A stretch of 64,000 nt of DNA from Minisyncoccia bacterium. Lineage in GTDB: Bacteria > Patescibacteriota > Minisyncoccia > Phycocordibacterales > UBA918. A program made the position numbers and the translations under genes. Shown in pieces: positions 18,413 through 27,325 of this stretch. The number at the start of each line of letters is the position of its first letter. Position 1 is the first letter of the stretch. The notes under the pieces were generated by a model. It worked only from the letters and a program-made list of their open reading frames with translations, ran no database searches and was not told the DNA's origin. The stretch covers positions 32,001 to 96,000 of the forward strand of contig CAXRCZ010000004.1 of NCBI GenBank assembly GCA_964229335.1, given 5' to 3'.

Positions 18413-19306
18413 ATGGCAAATCGACATCTATCCCGCAGTATTGTTCTTCAATCACTCTTTGAGTGGGACTTAAACGCACTCGAAAAAAAAGCAGTCCACG
18501 AAGTATTGGATAGGAATGTATCTGAATTTGCTCCGAACAAAACTGACCTGCCATTTATGGAAAAACTCCTTGATGGAGTAATGGCAAAACAGCCAGAACT
18601 CGATCTTGTCATCGAAAAAGCCGCTCCCGAGTGGCCAATCGATCGCATTTCTCCAGTCGATAGAAATATTCTCAGACTAGGTTTATACGAACTCTTATTT
18701 GCTGACCGACATGAAGTGCCGGCCAAAGTAGCTATCAACGAAGCAATCGAACTAGCCAAACAATTTGGCGGTGATAACAGCAGTCGTTTTGTAAACGGTG
18801 TTTTAGGTGCGGTCTACAAAGAAATTGGTGAACCAGGTAAAGACGAGCAGAGCAAGCGTCCCAAAAATGTACCTTTCGATCAATTGCCAGTCGAGCGACT
18901 GTCTGGCGCGGTGGTGTATGCCCGAGAAGAAGGAGAAATATATTTAGCTTTAGTTCATGATATCTTTGGTCATTGGACGCTATCAAAAAGTAAAGTAAAA
19001 GAAGAGGAGTCAGTCGAAGACGGCGCCACGCGAGCGGTCAAAGAAGAGCTGGGACTTCCAATTACAATTGAAGATCAACTTGGTAACAACGAATACGTCG
19101 CTTCACAACCAGAAGTTGGTAAGGTGCGCAAGCAAGTACATTACTTCTTGGCAGAAGCACCGTTTCAAGATTTAGAGTTGGCAAAGAAAGGTGGCCTAGA
19201 TGATGCTAAGTGGTTCAAGGTAGCAGATATCTTGGAGTTGAATTTTTACGAGGATATTTTGCCCATCGTAACCAAAGCCGTCACCATTCTCGTTTCTAAG
19301 AAATAG
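18413..19306 (+). CDS. nusB: NusB fused to a C-terminal Nudix-fold domain
   Basis: RHLSR..LQSLF, DRNILRLG.YEL, VAINEAIELAK.FG..S.RFVNGVLG; then GAVV..WTLSKSK..E..DGATRAVKEELG. Confidence 0.92.
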   Translation: MANRHLSRSIVLQSLFEWDLNALEKKAVHEVLDRNVSEFAPNKTDLPFMEKLLDGVMAKQPELDLVIEKAAPEWPIDRISPVDRNILRLGLYELLFADRHEVPAKVAINEAIELAKQFGGDNSSRFVNGVLGAVYKEIGEPGKDEQSKRPKNVPFDQLPVERLSGAVVYAREEGEIYLALVHDIFGHWTLSKSKVKEEESVEDGATRAVKEELGLPITIEDQLGNNEYVASQPEVGKVRKQVHYFLAEAPFQDLELAKKGGLDDAKWFKVADILELNFYEDILPIVTKAVTILVSKK

Positions 19307-19415
19307 CGCATCTACTGCGTTGTTATTCAAAAAAAGTCAGTCACTGTACAAGTTAGTACACCTCTTTCCGCTTTTCTCCAACGCCTTGTAAATGCTGCTA
19401 TTTCTTGGAAACGAG
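19289..19415. mobile_element. ERIC/Correia-like long hairpin element, copy 2 (overlaps the nusB stop)
   Basis: ctcgtttctaagaaatagc/gctatttcttggaaacgag; CTGCGTTG...TCAGTCAC-tgtac/gtaca...CAACGCCTTGTA. Confidence 0.7.
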
Positions 19416-19470
19416 TGAGAAAAAGAAGTGGTATCTTGCGTTAAGGTAAATTATCGGTATAGTCATATTA

Positions 19471-19527
19471 TCCGCTGCAGACGAGAGTTGGGGTGAATTG
19501 CACACCAGTTGTCTTCTATAGCACGGA
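19471..19527 (+). promoter_or_regulatory. Imperfect stem-loop in the rnc 5' leader
   Basis: tccg/cgga, ctgcag/ctatag, gacga/ttgtc, ttgg/ccag, gtg/cac; downstream of TTGCGT-16-TATAGT (-10 at 19458-19463). Confidence 0.5.
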
Positions 19528-19548
19528 ATTACAGAATAAATATAATCT

Positions 19549-20265
19549 ATGGAATCAGTACAACCAGCTGATATTACAAAACTGCAATCAGTCCTTGGAG
19601 TCACTTTTACGGACACTGCCGTTTTACTTTCAGCTATTACTCACCGTTCGTACTTAAACGAACATCGCGAAGCGACGTGGGACCACAATGAGCGAATGGA
19701 ATTCTTAGGCGACGCCGTCTTAGAACTTGTGGTGACGGACTTTCTATTTAAGGAATATCCTGATAAACCAGAAGGAGAACTGACTGCCGTTCGAGCTGCA
19801 TTAGTAAATACTGTCTCTTTAGCAGCAGCGTCCGAAAAACTCGGACTCAATGACTTTTTACTGATGAGCAAAGGTGAATCCAAAGATTTGGGTAGAGCTC
19901 GACAGTACATTCTGGCTAATACCTTTGAAGCATGTATCGGAGCGATTTATCTAGATCAAGGCTATGACGCTTCTCACAAATTCATCGCCGAGCAACTTTT
20001 TGCTAAAACGGAAGAAATCGTCAGTAAACGTTTGTGGCAGGATGCCAAGAGTCGTTTTCAAGAACTCGCGCAAGAACACGCTTCTGTGACACCAACTTAC
20101 GAGACGCTAAAGCAGGAAGGTCCAGATCACGACCGAGTCTTTACGGTTGGAGTATTTTTGCGCCAAAACAAAGTTGCTGAAGGCTCAGGCCGGTCTAAAC
20201 AAGAAGCAGAGCAAGTAGCGGCTGAGCAAGCTATTGAAGCACAAGGGTGGAGTCTAGCTGAGTAA
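19549..20265 (+). CDS. rnc: Ribonuclease III
   Basis: THRSY, NERMEFLGDAVL, ANTFEA.IGAIYLD, dsRBD with GPDH and G.SKQEAEQ.AA. Confidence 0.97.
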   Translation: MESVQPADITKLQSVLGVTFTDTAVLLSAITHRSYLNEHREATWDHNERMEFLGDAVLELVVTDFLFKEYPDKPEGELTAVRAALVNTVSLAAASEKLGLNDFLLMSKGESKDLGRARQYILANTFEACIGAIYLDQGYDASHKFIAEQLFAKTEEIVSKRLWQDAKSRFQELAQEHASVTPTYETLKQEGPDHDRVFTVGVFLRQNKVAEGSGRSKQEAEQVAAEQAIEAQGWSLAE

Positions 20266-20286
20266 GGTGCGTGCTATACTTCGAGT

Positions 20287-20922
20287 GTGAAAGAACGCAG
20301 TGCAGGCTTTACTCTAATTGAAATTTTAGTGGTAATCGCTATCTTGGCGATTCTACTATCAGTGATTTACGCCGCCCTTAGTACCGCTTCGGCAAAGTCG
20401 AGAGATACTGAACGTCAGGCTGACTTACGGGAGGTACAATCTGCTCTAGAGTTATACAAACTTCGCTACGGCCGCTATCCCGAAGGGTGTAATGGTCCGG
20501 GTCGCTGGTCAGGTCAAGCTGGAACCAACTACGCGTGTCCAAGTGGTAACGAATATATTGTTGGCCTAGCGCCAGATTTTTTACCGCTCCTGCCACTTGA
20601 TAGTAATCGAAACGGTGCCGATTCCGGATACGTCTACACCACTGATGCGGATGGAAAAGTATACAAATTTATGGCCAGAAATACGGTAGAAACTGATACT
20701 GTTGATTATACTCATGAATTTAAGAGTTGTGACGTAACGACCACAGGGGGAGGAATCTGTGTTGCTACTCATCCGAATAACGGCACGCCGGCACATTGTT
20801 TAGCGAGTAGTGCAGTTTTCCAGTCATCATATGCAGTCTGGGAAGGCTACGCCACCCCTAGTAACCCTACTCCAGCCCGAGTCGAGCAATATACCGAGGA
20901 TGTGATTTGTGATATTCCATAG
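20287..20922 (+). CDS. Type IV pilin-like/GspG-like prepilin
   Basis: G|FTLIEILVVIAI class III signal; RD..RQADL..ALELY...G.YP; Cys-rich globular domain. Confidence 0.88.
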   Translation: MKERSAGFTLIEILVVIAILAILLSVIYAALSTASAKSRDTERQADLREVQSALELYKLRYGRYPEGCNGPGRWSGQAGTNYACPSGNEYIVGLAPDFLPLLPLDSNRNGADSGYVYTTDADGKVYKFMARNTVETDTVDYTHEFKSCDVTTTGGGICVATHPNNGTPAHCLASSAVFQSSYAVWEGYATPSNPTPARVEQYTEDVICDIP

Positions 20923-20971
20923 TGGATATAGTCACCAACCAATTTATTTAAATAGTGCTACTATCTATAAT

Positions 20972-21544
20972 ATGAAGTGGACTCAAAAAGCTGGCTTTAC
21001 TTTATTAGAGTTATTGGTGGTGATAGCCATTATCGGTATTTTGGTAGCAATTTTAGCAGCCAATTTTGACCAAGCGCGTCAAACTTCAAAAAACAAAGCG
21101 GTGGGATCAGAGCTCACTGAGGCACAATTAGCAATAGAGCTCTATAAATCTCAAAATGGAGCGTATCCACCTACACCTAGTGTCGGTGCACCATGTCGAA
21201 CTAGTACTGCTAGTTATACCTACGCAGAAAGTACAACTTGCAGCAACGGGTACTTTATAGACGGTTTGACTCCAGAATTTACTAACTCATTACCTGAATC
21301 TAGTGTGTCAGCTAATCGTGATTGTGTATTTCGCTACACGGTCGCCAATGATCAGAGTTGGTACAAACTCACTGCCGTTAATTGTTTTGCTGGCGCCACC
21401 CAAGCGTCTGAAGGGGTCAGTTCATCAGACGAACTAGCTAGGTGTCCTACTACCTGTTCGGCGGTGAGTCACTGTAATCCAAATTCCTCTGACTTTTATC
21501 AGTCGATGGCTGTCTATAGCCTCGGTGGCGAATGCCGCCCCTAG
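20972..21544 (+). CDS. Type IV pilin-like/GspG-like prepilin
   Basis: MKWTQKAG|FTLLELLVVIAIIG; AIELY...GAYP; Cys-rich; start at ATG 20972. Confidence 0.88.
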   Translation: MKWTQKAGFTLLELLVVIAIIGILVAILAANFDQARQTSKNKAVGSELTEAQLAIELYKSQNGAYPPTPSVGAPCRTSTASYTYAESTTCSNGYFIDGLTPEFTNSLPESSVSANRDCVFRYTVANDQSWYKLTAVNCFAGATQASEGVSSSDELARCPTTCSAVSHCNPNSSDFYQSMAVYSLGGECRP

Positions 21545-21666
21545 AGGCTTAATAAGCAATAACTTCTTTGTTAACTTAGCACCTACTTTTGCTCACCGTA
21601 TTCTAGATACGTCTCACAAAGAAGGCGCTCGTCGCCTCGAATTTAAGTGCTTATTTAGTCTCAGGG
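21539..21666. mobile_element. ERIC/Correia-like long hairpin element, copy 3 (overlaps the pilin stop)
   Basis: ccctagaggcttaataagca/tgcttatttagtctcaggg, agcacct/aggcgct, GCTCAC-cgtat/atacg-TCTC, CGCCTCG. Confidence 0.6.
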
Positions 21667-21702
21667 ATATGGAGACTAGTGCTACAATAGTGAAGCGATT
21701 CT

Positions 21703-23937
21703 ATGTATTTAAAGGAACTTACCATCAATGGCTTTAAGTCATTTGCTAAAAAAAGCGAGCTAGAATTCTCCGCTCCTATCACTGCTATTGTGGGGCCAAA
21801 TGGCTCAGGCAAGAGTAACGTAGCTGAATCATTTCGTTTTGTACTTGGTGAGCAGTCAGTCAAATCAATGCGGGGGAAGAAGGGTGAAGATCTTATCTGG
21901 GGAGGTTCGGAAAAAATCGCTCGCGGAAACCGTGCCAGTGTGCAGTTAGTATTTGATAACACTGAGCGTCTATTAGAGCTCGATTTTGATGAAGTTATTT
22001 TGGAACGAGTGGTTCACCGTGATGGTCAAAATGAGTACAAAATAAATGGCTCTGCTGTCCGTCTTAAAGATATTCACGAACTCCTAGCCGGAGCCAATAT
22101 TGGTTCAACCGGTCATCATATAATTTCTCAGGGTGAGGCTGACCGGGTGCTATCGGCTAATCCCAAAGAACGTCGAGAAATGATAGAAGACGCCCTCGGA
22201 CTAAAGGTGTACCAACTCAAAAAACAAGAGACTGAACGTAAGCTCAGCCGGACTGAAGAGAATATTTCCCAAGTCGAATCACTCCGAAGGGAAGCCGCCC
22301 CTCATTTAAAATATCTTAAAAAACAAGTCGATAAAGCCGAGCGAGCATTGAAACTACAAGCAGAACTATCAGACTACTACGCTGAGTATTTGAAGCGTGA
22401 AGATATCTATCTAGCTGCTCGCGCTGACACTCTCCAAGCTGCTCGCCAAGAACCAGCTGCCACCCTAGAAACCGTTATAGCCAATATCAAAGAAGCTAGA
22501 AACGCAGCTGATTCATTAGCTAATACAAAAGATAGTACTGAACTTGAGGAGGCCAAACATTCTCTAAAGGAAGCTACCCAAAAATGGCAAACTGCCGAGC
22601 GAGAGGTAAGTCAGTTGACGGGACAAATAAACTTTTTAAAACGGAGGCTAGAGCGAAATCAATCGAGTACCACCAATAACGAAATGTTGCCTCTAGTAAA
22701 GGTGAGCGAAGCCTTACAGCCAGCTATTGATACTGCCGAAACTGCTCTACAAAATAATGATCCAGTCACTATCAAAACTTCCTTAGAAACATTACTCTCT
22801 GACTTGAAGAAACTAACTTCTGGTAGCGAAGAAACTACTATTGACCTCGTCGCTGAGGATATTGCTGAGCTTGAAGAATTACAGAAAAAAGTAGAGCAGC
22901 TCAAGGAAACAGTCGATCAGTTACAATCAGACAAGGAAAGCAATGAGGCTGCTGTGGCTCGCTTGCAGCGAGAGCAGGTTGATTCTCTCGAGGGACAGCG
23001 AAACGCCGAAAAAGAATTATTTGAGCTACTTGAGCAGCAAAGAAGTCTCGAATCTAAAATCCAGGTCATTGACAGTGAACTGTCGACCATTGAGCGCGAT
23101 CGTTCAGACTTTAAACAACAATTGCAAGAAGCAGTTACGTTGCTCGGGCGGGGAGCAGCACAGTATTTCTCATACACCATTACTGATGAATCTGGCAATC
23201 AGATTACAGATCAGGCTATTGCTGCCGAAGACCGTACTATTCAGCGTAACCGACAACGTGAACTGGAAAAGATGAAGATTCGGTTAGAAGAATTGGGAGT
23301 AGGGGAAACAGAGGGGATGTTAGAGGAATACAAAGCAGCTAGCGAGCGCGATGAATTTCTAGCGCGCGAGCTAGATGACCTACGTAGCTCTGTTAAAAAT
23401 CTACACGAATTAATCGATGATCTAGAAACCAAGCTCGAAGAACAATTTTTTGCTGGTGTAGATAAAATTACTACTGAATTTAATCGTTTTTTCACTCTTA
23501 TGTTTGGCGGTGGTTCAGCGGCCTTGACTCGGGTAAAAATGAAACAAAAACAAACCGACGAAGACGAAGAAGATGTGACAGAAGAAGGAGTGGATTTAGA
23601 AGTCTCGCTACCGAACAAACGGGTCAAAGGACTGACTATGCTCTCTGGTGGTGAACGAGCACTAACGTCAATCGCGCTTATCTTTGCCATGAGCCAGATT
23701 AACCCGCCACCTTTCATTATTCTTGATGAGACTGACGCCGCTCTCGATGAGGCCAATAGTCGCCGCTATGGAGACATGGTTGAAGCTTTGGCTCAGCGAT
23801 CACAATTAGTACTCATTACTCACAATCGCGAAACCATGAGTCGCGCCAGTATCTTGTACGGCATCACTATGGGTGGCGACGGCGTTTCTAAAGTACTATC
23901 GGTGAAATTCGATGAAGCAGTCGCTAATGCTAAATAA
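21703..23937 (+). CDS. smc: Short SMC-family ATPase (744 aa, no recognisable hinge)
   Basis: MYLKEL.INGFKSF, GPNGSGKSN, Q-loop ISQG, LSGGE, ILDETDAALD, ITH; coiled coils; downstream of rnc. Confidence 0.85.
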   Translation: MYLKELTINGFKSFAKKSELEFSAPITAIVGPNGSGKSNVAESFRFVLGEQSVKSMRGKKGEDLIWGGSEKIARGNRASVQLVFDNTERLLELDFDEVILERVVHRDGQNEYKINGSAVRLKDIHELLAGANIGSTGHHIISQGEADRVLSANPKERREMIEDALGLKVYQLKKQETERKLSRTEENISQVESLRREAAPHLKYLKKQVDKAERALKLQAELSDYYAEYLKREDIYLAARADTLQAARQEPAATLETVIANIKEARNAADSLANTKDSTELEEAKHSLKEATQKWQTAEREVSQLTGQINFLKRRLERNQSSTTNNEMLPLVKVSEALQPAIDTAETALQNNDPVTIKTSLETLLSDLKKLTSGSEETTIDLVAEDIAELEELQKKVEQLKETVDQLQSDKESNEAAVARLQREQVDSLEGQRNAEKELFELLEQQRSLESKIQVIDSELSTIERDRSDFKQQLQEAVTLLGRGAAQYFSYTITDESGNQITDQAIAAEDRTIQRNRQRELEKMKIRLEELGVGETEGMLEEYKAASERDEFLARELDDLRSSVKNLHELIDDLETKLEEQFFAGVDKITTEFNRFFTLMFGGGSAALTRVKMKQKQTDEDEEDVTEEGVDLEVSLPNKRVKGLTMLSGGERALTSIALIFAMSQINPPPFIILDETDAALDEANSRRYGDMVEALAQRSQLVLITHNRETMSRASILYGITMGGDGVSKVLSVKFDEAVANAK

Positions 23938-23941
23938 AATC

Positions 23942-24042
23942 CCTCGAATAGGTAAAACAGCTTGTAGCCAGCTCTCAACGTCCTCGCTATAGCAGTATCG
24001 CTGCGAATGTTTCAAGCTAACTACAAGCTGTCTCGGACGAGG
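23942..24042. repeat. Long imperfect hairpin, divergent member of the ERIC-like family (copy 4)
   Basis: cctcg/cgagg, acagcttgtag/ctacaagctgt, agct-CTC/TCA-agct, aacgt/atgtt, tcgc/gcga. Confidence 0.55.
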
Positions 24043-24050
24043 TTGTGTAG

Positions 24051-24086
24051 AAAAAGAATTATATAATTAATTATATAATTCTTTTT
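24051..24086. repeat. 36-bp perfect AT-rich palindrome between convergent smc and rnr
   Basis: aaaaagaattatataatt|aattatataattcttttt. Confidence 0.9.
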
Positions 24087-24088
24087 GC

Positions 24089-26026
24089 TTATTTAGTTAT
24101 CAGTTCAAAATCCAATTGTCGTTCGTCTTTGTCAGCTCGGATTAGCTTGACCCGTACCTCGTCTCCCAGTCGGTATACCTTACCGGTCTTTTGACCTTTG
24201 ATGCGGTACTTACTAGCTTCGTGTTCAAAGTAATCAGATTTGATAGTAGAAAGACGAATCATCCCTTCCGCTAGTGAACCAGTCTCTTGTACATAGATAC
24301 CCCAATCAGTTACGCCGGTGACTACACCATCAAACTCTTCGCCGACTTTGTTAAGCATGTACTCAACTTGTTTGTACTTAATTGAGTCTCGCTCTGCTGA
24401 AACAGCTTCACCTTCGCGGTCTGAAGAATGAGTACAGGTTTGTTCATATTTGGCAGATTCCTTTGGTCCGATGTGTACGCCATCGAGATGTTTGCGGAGG
24501 AGTCGGTGCACCATCAGGTCGGGGTAGCGGCGAATTGGTGATGTAAAGTGAGTATAGAATTTGAAAGCTAGACCAAAGTGTCCAATATTCTTAGTTGAAT
24601 ATACCGCCTTTGACATTGAGCGAATGCTAGCGGTCTTAATGAGGTTTTCTTCTGGCTTATCTTCTACTGCTTCCATGAGTTGATTCAGTGCTTTGGCCTT
24701 TACCATGCCTTTGTTAGTTTCAAATTCGTACCCCATAGCGTGCACAAATGTCGCCAGATCTTCGATTTTTTCTGGGTTTGGTACATCGTGGATACGATAT
24801 ACAAAGGTCAGCTGCTGATTACTGGCTTTTGAGAGGTCGTCGATGTATTTTGCCACTTTTCGGTTAGCTAGCAACATGAAGTCTTCAATCATCATCATAG
24901 TCTCAGTTCGTTCCTTGGTGTAGGCGCGGATTGGTCGACCAGCTTCGTCTAATTCAAACTTTACTTCTGGCTGCTCAAAGGCGATAGCTCCTTGTTTGTA
25001 GCGCTGCTTACGTAAAATCCGCGACAGCGCCAACATCGTATTTAATTCATCTAAATACTCACCATTTTGCGAATCAAGGACAGCTTGCGCTTCTTCGTAA
25101 CTAAAGCGCTTGTCTGAATGAATAATCGTTTGACCGTACCATTCATCCTTGATATTAGCTTCTTTATCAAGTTGAAACACAGCACTAAACGCTAAGCGGT
25201 CTTCATTTGGTCGCAATGAACACAAGTCGTTTGAAAGTATTTCTGGCAACATCGGAATCACTCGGTCTACGAGATACACTGACGTTGCTCGCTCTTTAGC
25301 CTCTACATCGATTGGCTCGCCCTCGCGAACATAGTGAGATACATCAGCGATATGAATACCGACTTCGATGGTCTCCTCGTCAATCTTTTGAATTGATAAA
25401 GCGTCATCAAAGTCTTTAGCATCTGCCGGGTCAATGGTCATCGTGGTTACGCCACGTAAGTCGCGACGTTTCGGGTCAGTTACCGCGTCACTAAAGATAG
25501 TATCTTTTCTATCGTATATATCCTGCGCTGCCTTTTGCACTGATTCTGGAAAATTCTTAGAAAATCCACCTCCTCTGATAATGGCCTGCATTTCGGTCTC
25601 ATGATCACCAGCTCGACCAAGTGTCTCGACAATTTTTACTTGAGGAGGAGTCTGTGGATCTTCCCACTTCTCAATTTCTACCACCACTTTCATCTCCAAG
25701 TCATTAGGGGTAGCGGTCGGTACAGTCGGACGAATATGAATTCGTTTATTGTCGGGATTGAATTGATATATCTTTTGACCTCCCTCATTAATTTCTTCAA
25801 CTACACCAATCAGTTCTCGGTGAACTGATTTTAGTACCTGTATCACTTCACCCATTTGGCGTTCTCCGGGTTGTTTTGGCAAAAGTTTGACTTCAACCAC
25901 ATCTCCATCAAGCGCAAACCCAAGCGAGTGCCGTTCAACAACCACGTCTTCTTCAAAGTCTTCGTGTGGCACAAAACCAGTGCCTTTTCCGCGGATTTTT
26001 ATAGATCCTTCAATAGTATTTTGCAT
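24089..26026 (-). CDS. rnr: Ribonuclease R (RNB family)
   Basis: TIDPADAKDFDDA, HIADVSHYV, YTHFTSPIRRYPDL, C-terminal S1 domain. Confidence 0.95.
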   Translation of the reverse strand: MQNTIEGSIKIRGKGTGFVPHEDFEEDVVVERHSLGFALDGDVVEVKLLPKQPGERQMGEVIQVLKSVHRELIGVVEEINEGGQKIYQFNPDNKRIHIRPTVPTATPNDLEMKVVVEIEKWEDPQTPPQVKIVETLGRAGDHETEMQAIIRGGGFSKNFPESVQKAAQDIYDRKDTIFSDAVTDPKRRDLRGVTTMTIDPADAKDFDDALSIQKIDEETIEVGIHIADVSHYVREGEPIDVEAKERATSVYLVDRVIPMLPEILSNDLCSLRPNEDRLAFSAVFQLDKEANIKDEWYGQTIIHSDKRFSYEEAQAVLDSQNGEYLDELNTMLALSRILRKQRYKQGAIAFEQPEVKFELDEAGRPIRAYTKERTETMMMIEDFMLLANRKVAKYIDDLSKASNQQLTFVYRIHDVPNPEKIEDLATFVHAMGYEFETNKGMVKAKALNQLMEAVEDKPEENLIKTASIRSMSKAVYSTKNIGHFGLAFKFYTHFTSPIRRYPDLMVHRLLRKHLDGVHIGPKESAKYEQTCTHSSDREGEAVSAERDSIKYKQVEYMLNKVGEEFDGVVTGVTDWGIYVQETGSLAEGMIRLSTIKSDYFEHEASKYRIKGQKTGKVYRLGDEVRVKLIRADKDERQLDFELITK

Positions 26027-26181
26027 GGGGGCAGTATACCGTGCTCATTCTTTTATACAAGCAAATAAAGCTCGGGTTACATGTGGTTACTGTCTAACAT
26101 AAGTAGATAGTAGGTTTGTCGGGTTGTTGGCCCGAAAATAAGTTGACGTTTATTAGTTTTCTGCTATGCTAGCGCCACTAT

Positions 26182-26751
26182 ATGTTAATGATGCGATTAC
26201 AACGAGTTGGCCGCAAAAACGATCCGTCGTTTCGAATTGTGGTAACCGACAAAAGAACCGGTGTAAACAGTGATAAACACGTCGACCGGCTTGGTTCATA
26301 TAACCCAAAAATGAACCACATTCAGCTAGATGGAGAGAAAGCTAAAGATTGGTTGAGTAAAGGAGTGCAACCATCTGACACCATGTACAACTTATTGGTA
26401 AGCCAAGGAGTCATTGAAGGGAAGAAGAAAAACGTACTACCTCGCAAGTCTCCAATAATTGACGAAGAAGCTATTAAACGAGCTGAAGAAGAAGCCAAAG
26501 CCAAAGAAGCCGCTGAGGCCGAAGCTGCTAAAGCAGCTGAATCTACTGAAGAGGAAACAGCCACTCCAGAAGAAGCTCCAACTGATACTGAGGAATCGAC
26601 TGAAACTGAAGAGTCAGCGCCCGAAGAAGCTCCAGCAGCTCCAGAGTCAGAAGCAGAAGAGCTGGTTGAAGAGCCTGAAACCTCAGAAGAACCAGCAGAA
26701 GCTACCGAAGAAGGCGACAAGGAGGCCAAAGAAGAAGCAAAGACTGCCTAA
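26182..26751 (+). CDS. rpsP: 30S ribosomal protein S16 with long acidic tail
   Basis: MRLQRVGRKNDPSFRIVV..LGSYNP..WLSKGVQPSDT; ~95-aa Glu/Ala/Pro/Thr tail. Confidence 0.95.
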   Translation: MLMMRLQRVGRKNDPSFRIVVTDKRTGVNSDKHVDRLGSYNPKMNHIQLDGEKAKDWLSKGVQPSDTMYNLLVSQGVIEGKKKNVLPRKSPIIDEEAIKRAEEEAKAKEAAEAEAAKAAESTEEETATPEEAPTDTEESTETEESAPEEAPAAPESEAEELVEEPETSEEPAEATEEGDKEAKEEAKTA

Positions 26752-26862
26752 CTTGCCCCACTGCAGTCGTTGACGAAACTTGGAAGCTTTCGTATGCTTA
26801 GAGCATAGCTGGTCCGCTTAGTAATAAGAGGCACCACGCTTTAGATAGATAACATTCTGAAT

Positions 26863-27222
26863 ATGGAAAATCACGAAGACAAGCAGTTTTTAGAGAATGT
26901 AGTTAAAGCACTCGTAGACCATCCTGATAGTGTCAAAGTTGACCGTACCGTCGACGAGATGGGAGTACTATTGACCCTTGATGTACATGCCGAAGATATG
27001 GGCAAGATTATTGGCCGATCTGGAAACACAGCCAAAGCTATCCGCACCCTTTTGCGCGTAGTAGGTATGAAGCATGACGCTCGAGTAAACCTAAAGATTA
27101 ACGAACCTGAAGGCGGTCGCCGCGAAGGAATGGTTCGCGAGGATGATTATTCAAATGAGAGTGAGTCGTCCGAAAGTGAGTCTAAGTCTCTTGACCAGGC
27201 CATTGACGACCTAAAGATATAA
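26863..27222 (+). CDS. khpA: KH-domain RNA-binding protein KhpA
   Basis: ALVDHPD.V, DMGKIIGRSGNTAKAIRTLL; follows rpsP. Confidence 0.92.
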   Translation: MENHEDKQFLENVVKALVDHPDSVKVDRTVDEMGVLLTLDVHAEDMGKIIGRSGNTAKAIRTLLRVVGMKHDARVNLKINEPEGGRREGMVREDDYSNESESSESESKSLDQAIDDLKI

Positions 27223-27325
27223 ACTGGCGAACTACTTCGTCACAACTACAGCCGCGTCAGTCACGGTATATCAAATACCGCTTCCTCCGCGGCTTTGTTG
27301 TTTCTTGTATTTTATCCAGTTTATA
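27218..27325. mobile_element. ERIC/Correia-like MITE, copy 5, with TATA termini at the khpA stop
   Basis: tataaactgg/ccagtttata, acaac/gttgt, agccgcg/cgcggct, TCAGTCA-cggtat/ataccg-CTTCCTC. Confidence 0.72.
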
